Positions 47,820 through 52,218 of a stretch of 52,218 nucleotides of DNA are shown here, piece after piece; position 1 is the first letter of the stretch, and each line of letters opens with the position of its first letter. Source of the DNA: a virus (lineage: Duplodnaviria > Caudoviricetes); the IMG/VR virus record IMGVR_UViG_3300033142_001318, positions 1-52,218 of that record. One strand, 5' to 3'. The notes below the pieces were generated by a model. It saw only the letters and a list, made by a program, of their open reading frames with translations, did not search any database and was not told the origin of the DNA. The position numbers were made by a program, and so were the translations under genes.

Positions 47820-48671
47820 TCATAGTTTCTTGAATATCAGTGCATATTCGTGTATCCGGACGGATTTTTTATTTGCCTCAAAACGTCCTACACGTTGGAC
47901 TGCATTTCCAGCGGCGGAATGTATTACAATATCATCATGGAAAATAAATCCAGCTTTCCCGGCTGATCGTACCACATCACCACGGAAATCTATGAGATAT
48001 GTATTATTGTGTCTAAGGTTACCTACCACCCAAATACAATATGAATCTGGTTTTAGTGATGCATACACATTTTCCATGACTTTATCTATATCTTCCATGA
48101 ATCTTTCGTACGTTGGTGCCATAGACAGATCATTTTCACCACCGTGATATTGCTCCATATCGTAATATGGTGGACACGTTAATGAAAAATCAAAGGCTTC
48201 CTTATCTACGAAATCCCGGGAGTCCTTGTGTAGTAATGTAAAATCCAATCCTAATGTCTTACCACGTTTGTTAACATTATCCACTTCTTCCTTCCGGATT
48301 TCACATCCTGTGTATTTGTGGCCCATTGCGGTTGATATGATAGCGCGTGTGCCGCCGCCTGCGAAGGGGTCGTAGATATTCGCCGTCTTTGGTGCATAAC
48401 CACGAAGTAGCGATTTACACAAGTACGGATTAAAAATACTCCCTGCACTTTTCTGATACGCTATGACGGATGTGGTATCACTTCTACCTTGAGATATGTC
48501 GCCGACGTATTCTTTAAGTACCTTCGTCTGTTTCCAATCTATCTCAAAGATAGATAATGGTAGATAACCAAGTTTGGTTATCATCATCTTTTCTTCTTTT
48601 ACTTCACCCGAAAGAGTAAATTGTTGTACTTTAGTCTGTGGGTTTAGTATGTTTCTTATTTCTGAATTCAT
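47820..48671 (-). CDS. Amino (N4-C/N6-A) DNA methyltransferase
   Basis: SAM-binding DPFAGGG, catalytic TCPPY, HEYALIFKK. Confidence 0.85.
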   Translation of the reverse strand: MNSEIRNILNPQTKVQQFTLSGEVKEEKMMITKLGYLPLSIFEIDWKQTKVLKEYVGDISQGRSDTTSVIAYQKSAGSIFNPYLCKSLLRGYAPKTANIYDPFAGGGTRAIISTAMGHKYTGCEIRKEEVDNVNKRGKTLGLDFTLLHKDSRDFVDKEAFDFSLTCPPYYDMEQYHGGENDLSMAPTYERFMEDIDKVMENVYASLKPDSYCIWVVGNLRHNNTYLIDFRGDVVRSAGKAGFIFHDDIVIHSAAGNAVQRVGRFEANKKSVRIHEYALIFKKL

Positions 48672-48690
48672 GAATTATATCACCATTTAT

Positions 48691-48788
48691 TTAATTTAAC
48701 AGATCGGGGTTTTCGTATATGTTACCGATTACTTCTATCTGAAACCGGGAAAAATTCGTTCCCATGCTCTGAATTTATGTTCTATCAT
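48691..48788 (-). pseudogene. YopX-family gene remnant with an internal deletion
   Basis: Begins MIEHKFRAWE and, in another frame, ends IEVIGNIYENPDLLN*; only 98 nt long. Confidence 0.7.
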
Positions 48789-50597
48789 TTATTTCACCAA
48801 ATTTTTAAAGAAGTCGAAATTCATTCTTACTTCATCGTCCATTGCCGTATCTGCAATCTCACGCTTTGCCTCAAGCATTGCCGCAATTTCCACGTCTATA
48901 GTATCGATACCGATCAAGTAGTAAGCGTGTGTTGTCTTCCTACCTCGTCCGGATTGACGTAGTCCCTTGATACGACCTTCACATTGCTCATGGAGTTTCG
49001 GTGACCACCCGAGTTCAATAAATAGTACAGACTTTGACACCCCGAGATTGATAGCTTCCGATACAGCGATCATGTTACCAATGAAGATTTTTATCTCAGG
49101 ATCGTTCTCAAAACGATTCGTGATATCGAGGCTATCTTCTTTCGGTGTGGAACCATCTATCTTAATGGCAATCTTACCGAATTTCTTCATAAGTGCGTCC
49201 GTAATACTTTTATGATGTGTAAATACCACGATCTTTTCCTCGGACGTTAGGTAATCACTTATCCACTCGATTGTTGCCTTTACTTTACCTTCTGCTGCTA
49301 GTTGTTTTAGGTATTCGATCCGGGTTAGGTGTTCCGCACGTTTCGCTCTGTCAGCAGCCATTTTACCCTGTTCTTCCTGGATCCATGCTATGTGATCATC
49401 TTTAGCCTTATTATACGTGTGACGATTTGAAATAACTATCGGGATCGTCGTTCTGATCATTTCCGGGAGATCATCGAAGACTTCTTCTTCGGTTCTCCTG
49501 ATCATTATTGACTTTAATTGCTCAGCCAATCTATCTGTGTTTGAATTACCTGAAAAATCCCATCCATATTCATTCTGTTTAGAATCGCAGAACTCACGGT
49601 GCCATCGATGAAATGAACGTCTACTATATGTTATAGGGTCTATAATGGTTAAAGGTACCCAGAGTTCACTCGTGCGATTGAATAAGGGTGTACCAGACAG
49701 TAGAATCTTGTGTGGTATTTGACTTGCGAGATCCACAGCCGCAATCGTACGTTGCGCTTTATAGTTCTTTATCTTGTGGAATTCATCGAATATTATTACT
49801 TTCGGATCCAATTTCTTGAGTTCGAATGTATTTTTCTTCAAGATATCGTAATTTAGTATCAGAATATCTCCCACAAAGTCTTTTTTAGTACCGTTTATGA
49901 CTTCGACTATGTCCTCTGTCGTCATCCAGTCATAAACGTACTGATACCATTGACGTTTGACGGATGCCGGACACACGATTATTGCCGGTCGCAGTTCCGG
50001 GTGATTCTGTAGGTATGATAATGCCTGCGCAGATTTTCCGAGTCCGACAGTATCAGATATTATCGCACAACCATTCGTTCGTTCTAAAAATTCCGCACCG
50101 GCTACCTGATAAGGATATAACGTCTTATCATGCCCGAATTCGGGAGACATTGCGAAGTCCGATGTGGGAGTTGTGGCGGAACTTAATTTTATAATTTTAC
50201 TTTTATTTTTCTCTTTTTCTATTATCTCTTCGGGATTGTCATTTACAATAGCTTGAGCTATCGCCTTGACGTCATGCATGTAAGATTCCCGGGCTAACCA
50301 CTTTACGTATTGTGGATCATCAACCCACACATCACTCATAGTTTTTCCGGAATGTTTACCGAATGTAATCTTAAAGCGCCCCAATATACTATCAATCGGG
50401 GCTGTGGGTTCAGGTTTCTTAATCGGTTTACCTGCTATAACACATTTAGCAGCAAATCCCACATCGGTTGACAATTCTCCCGCCATCCACTTTACGTAAC
50501 CGCGATCTTCCTGCCAGATTTGGGCTATCGATTTTGATTTATACTTACCAAAACCTATAATGTAGTCTTCCCACGTCGGATCTGTTTGTCGTGTCAT
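48789..50597 (-). CDS. SNF2-family helicase with two N-terminal FGK[YH] (DUF3820-like) repeats
   Basis: LYPYQ, DTVGLGKS, DEFH, LSGTP, Q.EGR; FGKYKSK and FGKHSGK repeats. Confidence 0.88.
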   Translation of the reverse strand: MTRQTDPTWEDYIIGFGKYKSKSIAQIWQEDRGYVKWMAGELSTDVGFAAKCVIAGKPIKKPEPTAPIDSILGRFKITFGKHSGKTMSDVWVDDPQYVKWLARESYMHDVKAIAQAIVNDNPEEIIEKEKNKSKIIKLSSATTPTSDFAMSPEFGHDKTLYPYQVAGAEFLERTNGCAIISDTVGLGKSAQALSYLQNHPELRPAIIVCPASVKRQWYQYVYDWMTTEDIVEVINGTKKDFVGDILILNYDILKKNTFELKKLDPKVIIFDEFHKIKNYKAQRTIAAVDLASQIPHKILLSGTPLFNRTSELWVPLTIIDPITYSRRSFHRWHREFCDSKQNEYGWDFSGNSNTDRLAEQLKSIMIRRTEEEVFDDLPEMIRTTIPIVISNRHTYNKAKDDHIAWIQEEQGKMAADRAKRAEHLTRIEYLKQLAAEGKVKATIEWISDYLTSEEKIVVFTHHKSITDALMKKFGKIAIKIDGSTPKEDSLDITNRFENDPEIKIFIGNMIAVSEAINLGVSKSVLFIELGWSPKLHEQCEGRIKGLRQSGRGRKTTHAYYLIGIDTIDVEIAAMLEAKREIADTAMDDEVRMNFDFFKNLVK

Positions 50598-50619
50598 AGT
50601 ATACTATCAGTTTTGATAC

Positions 50620-50638
50620 TATATAAAGGTTCCGGTCA
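50620..50638 (-). promoter_or_regulatory. BRE-TATA promoter upstream of the helicase (probably leaderless)
   Basis: Minus strand reads gaccggaacc TTTATATA about 23 nt before the ATG. Confidence 0.6.
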
Positions 50639-50917
50639 CCGTATCTGTTGTAGAAGGACAGCACATGCCATATCTATACGATCCAAACTTTCTCCGATCT
50701 CAACGAGTTCATCTTCTGCGATTAGGATAAACCCTTCTCTAACTGGTACTGGACCTTCTCTTTTAGGAAGTGCAACTGGTTCCCCTAAAAGACCTTCATT
50801 GATATCTAATATTTTTTCTAATACTATACCTGTCTTTTCATTCAAATTACGTAATTCATTGAGTATATTCTGAAATTCTGGTTTACTTTCCATTGTTGGT
50901 TTGTCGTCTGTTTCCAT
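50636..50917 (-). CDS. Hypothetical helical protein
   Basis: GGTGA RBS. Confidence 0.55.
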   Translation of the reverse strand: METDDKPTMESKPEFQNILNELRNLNEKTGIVLEKILDINEGLLGEPVALPKREGPVPVREGFILIAEDELVEIGESLDRIDMACAVLLQQIR

Positions 50918-50936
50918 TTATATCACCTACTGTGAA

Positions 50937-51007
50937 TGGACATGGAAGGATTTGTACCCTCATCTACCAGTTTTGGAGACTGGTGCTCTACATTAAGCTA
51001 CATGCCC
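50937..51007 (-). tRNA. tRNA-Trp(CCA), intronless, 3' CCA not encoded
   Basis: GGGCATG/CATGTCC acceptor stem; GCTT/GAGC D stem; CCAGT-CTCCAAA-ACTGG anticodon arm; GAGGG-TACAAAT-CCTTC T arm. Confidence 0.85.
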
Positions 51008-51025
51008 TCAGTTATGTGTTAGTCT

Positions 51026-51271
51026 TCATTCCTTATTAATCTTTTGGTCTAAACTTTCCATGTATTCTTCGTATGTCTGTTCACCAAGTATCCTACCACA
51101 TCCACCACAGACGTACTGATATTTTTCGTAAAAGAAACTTGCGACTTGACCACCATCGCCGCCGATCGGTCTCTCGTAGCCACAATCACATAGGATCGGG
51201 TGAGTTATGATGGAATCTGTGGTACCACGTTTTAGTTCTACAGTCCACTTACTAAGTCCACTATTTACCAT
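51026..51271 (-). CDS. Small zinc-ribbon protein
   Basis: CDCG...CGGCG. Confidence 0.55.
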   Translation of the reverse strand: MVNSGLSKWTVELKRGTTDSIITHPILCDCGYERPIGGDGGQVASFFYEKYQYVCGGCGRILGEQTYEEYMESLDQKINKE

Positions 51272-52218
51272 TTAGAACCACTCACCAAGCGTCTTATTCT
51301 GTCGTGTCTTATATTCTGATGAAAAATTAAATACACCACATAGTTTTTCAATTATCTTTTCATAATATTTATAATCAATTTTATTAATATCAGCAAATTG
51401 AATTATCTTCCATCCGTCCACCTCTTTCACATATTCGTACTGTACACCAGGCACGGGTTTAATACCAATTGTCTTACCTTGTTTCCCGAGTTTCTTCTGG
51501 AGGGAACCCTTACTATAACTTGTGAAGTCTTTATGTATAGTCGTCCTAAGTGAAAATTCCGAAAGTGTATATTGTTCCATTTTTGCTATCCTATTTATCA
51601 TTTTCTTCACATCTACGTCACCTTCACTAAAGATCGTATCTACGATGATGTCACGTGCCGAATCAAACATTTTGGGTTGTCTGGAACTTTTCAGACTCAC
51701 ACCATGGAAGATAAGTTCATCATTGAGTTCTTGGAGGACGTAATTCTTTTGTTTCAGGAAATATCCTGCCTTATATTCATCACAATCCACACTGATATCA
51801 CTGGTATCATCGATCCCGAATTTCTTATGTGCAAATTCCTGAATGAATAAGTTAATCTTTTCGGAATCTGGTTCCTTATCCATCATAATACCGTCTGTGT
51901 CAAGTTCTACGGATGCATTATCATAATTGTCGTCTATGTAGGTGTGTAATGTCTTAATAAGTTCCCTACCGACCCCGACGGTCACGATAGTAACCGGTAA
52001 ACTTCCATATCTGGAAATACCGTCACCGCAGTTTCCGGACACGATGTTCATCAGGATTTTTACGTTCCAGGACTGACTGGTAAGTAGATCCTTCTCTTCA
52101 TCGTTTGCCGTCTTTAATTTCTGTTTTATTAGGTTCCGCTGTTCCCGAAGGGCCCTTAGTTCCTTCCGGAGGAAACCATCTTTTTTGTTGTTAACGGCAA
52201 CTACGATTACTTTATTGA
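51272..52218 (-). CDS. polB: Family B DNA polymerase, C-terminal part (truncated by the window edge)
   Basis: Frame open to the window edge; R..IK, QSWNVKILMNIVSG (motif B), LDTDG (motif C), KNY. Confidence 0.85.
   Translation of the reverse strand, partial: NKVIVVAVNNKKDGFLRKELRALREQRNLIKQKLKTANDEEKDLLTSQSWNVKILMNIVSGNCGDGISRYGSLPVTIVTVGVGRELIKTLHTYIDDNYDNASVELDTDGIMMDKEPDSEKINLFIQEFAHKKFGIDDTSDISVDCDEYKAGYFLKQKNYVLQELNDELIFHGVSLKSSRQPKMFDSARDIIVDTIFSEGDVDVKKMINRIAKMEQYTLSEFSLRTTIHKDFTSYSKGSLQKKLGKQGKTIGIKPVPGVQYEYVKEVDGWKIIQFADINKIDYKYYEKIIEKLCGVFNFSSEYKTRQNKTLGEWF

Noticed and set aside
1278-47823. ORF-track starts at 1278, 7536, 21858, 22510, 28417, 44449 and 47823
   Set aside because: They overlap upstream genes or promoters, or lack an RBS; downstream ATGs with an RBS or matching paralogue starts fit better.
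1-52218. Integrase, att sites, terminase or provirus boundaries
   Set aside because: None recognisable in this window, so free virus versus provirus cannot be decided.

Overview
This window is a large part of an archaeal head-tail (Caudoviricetes-like, siphovirus-type) virus or provirus genome. Archaeal origin is inferred from BRE+TATA promoters, GGTGA/GGAGG ribosome-binding sites, a family B DNA polymerase, an RFC-like ATPase and a PocR sensor; a methanogen/ANME-type host is likely but not proven. The + strand (1-38559) is a morphogenesis operon: MuF, HK97-type protease, scaffold, major capsid protein, many decoration/fibre proteins, four beta-propeller adhesin paralogues, neck, tail tube, chaperone with a -1 frameshift, short tape measure, two Dit paralogues and hub. 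The - strand (38613-52218) carries early/replication genes: PolB, SNF2 helicase, DNA methyltransferase, clamp loader, DNA ligase, nucleotidyltransferase, HNH, tRNA-Trp and a lipoprotein. The most striking unexplained signal is a short peptide tag, I-E-I-[DN]-x-x-x-L, found at the C-terminus of the prohead protease, near the C-terminus of MuF, near the N-terminus of the scaffold and in about eight unrelated small proteins. In five of these it is followed by a second basic module (GTHxGPVxVTRGGKTFxQxRRxG; four clear copies, one degenerate) fused to different payloads, including an ADP-ribosyltransferase-like domain and two GNAT acetyltransferases. This suggests a modular capsid cargo-loading and effector-delivery system. 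Also notable are a virus-encoded two-component module (PocR-HisKA lacking an ATPase domain plus a membrane-anchored receiver) and a four-copy palindrome-BRE-TATA regulon. All family assignments come from motif recognition by eye; no database searches were run.
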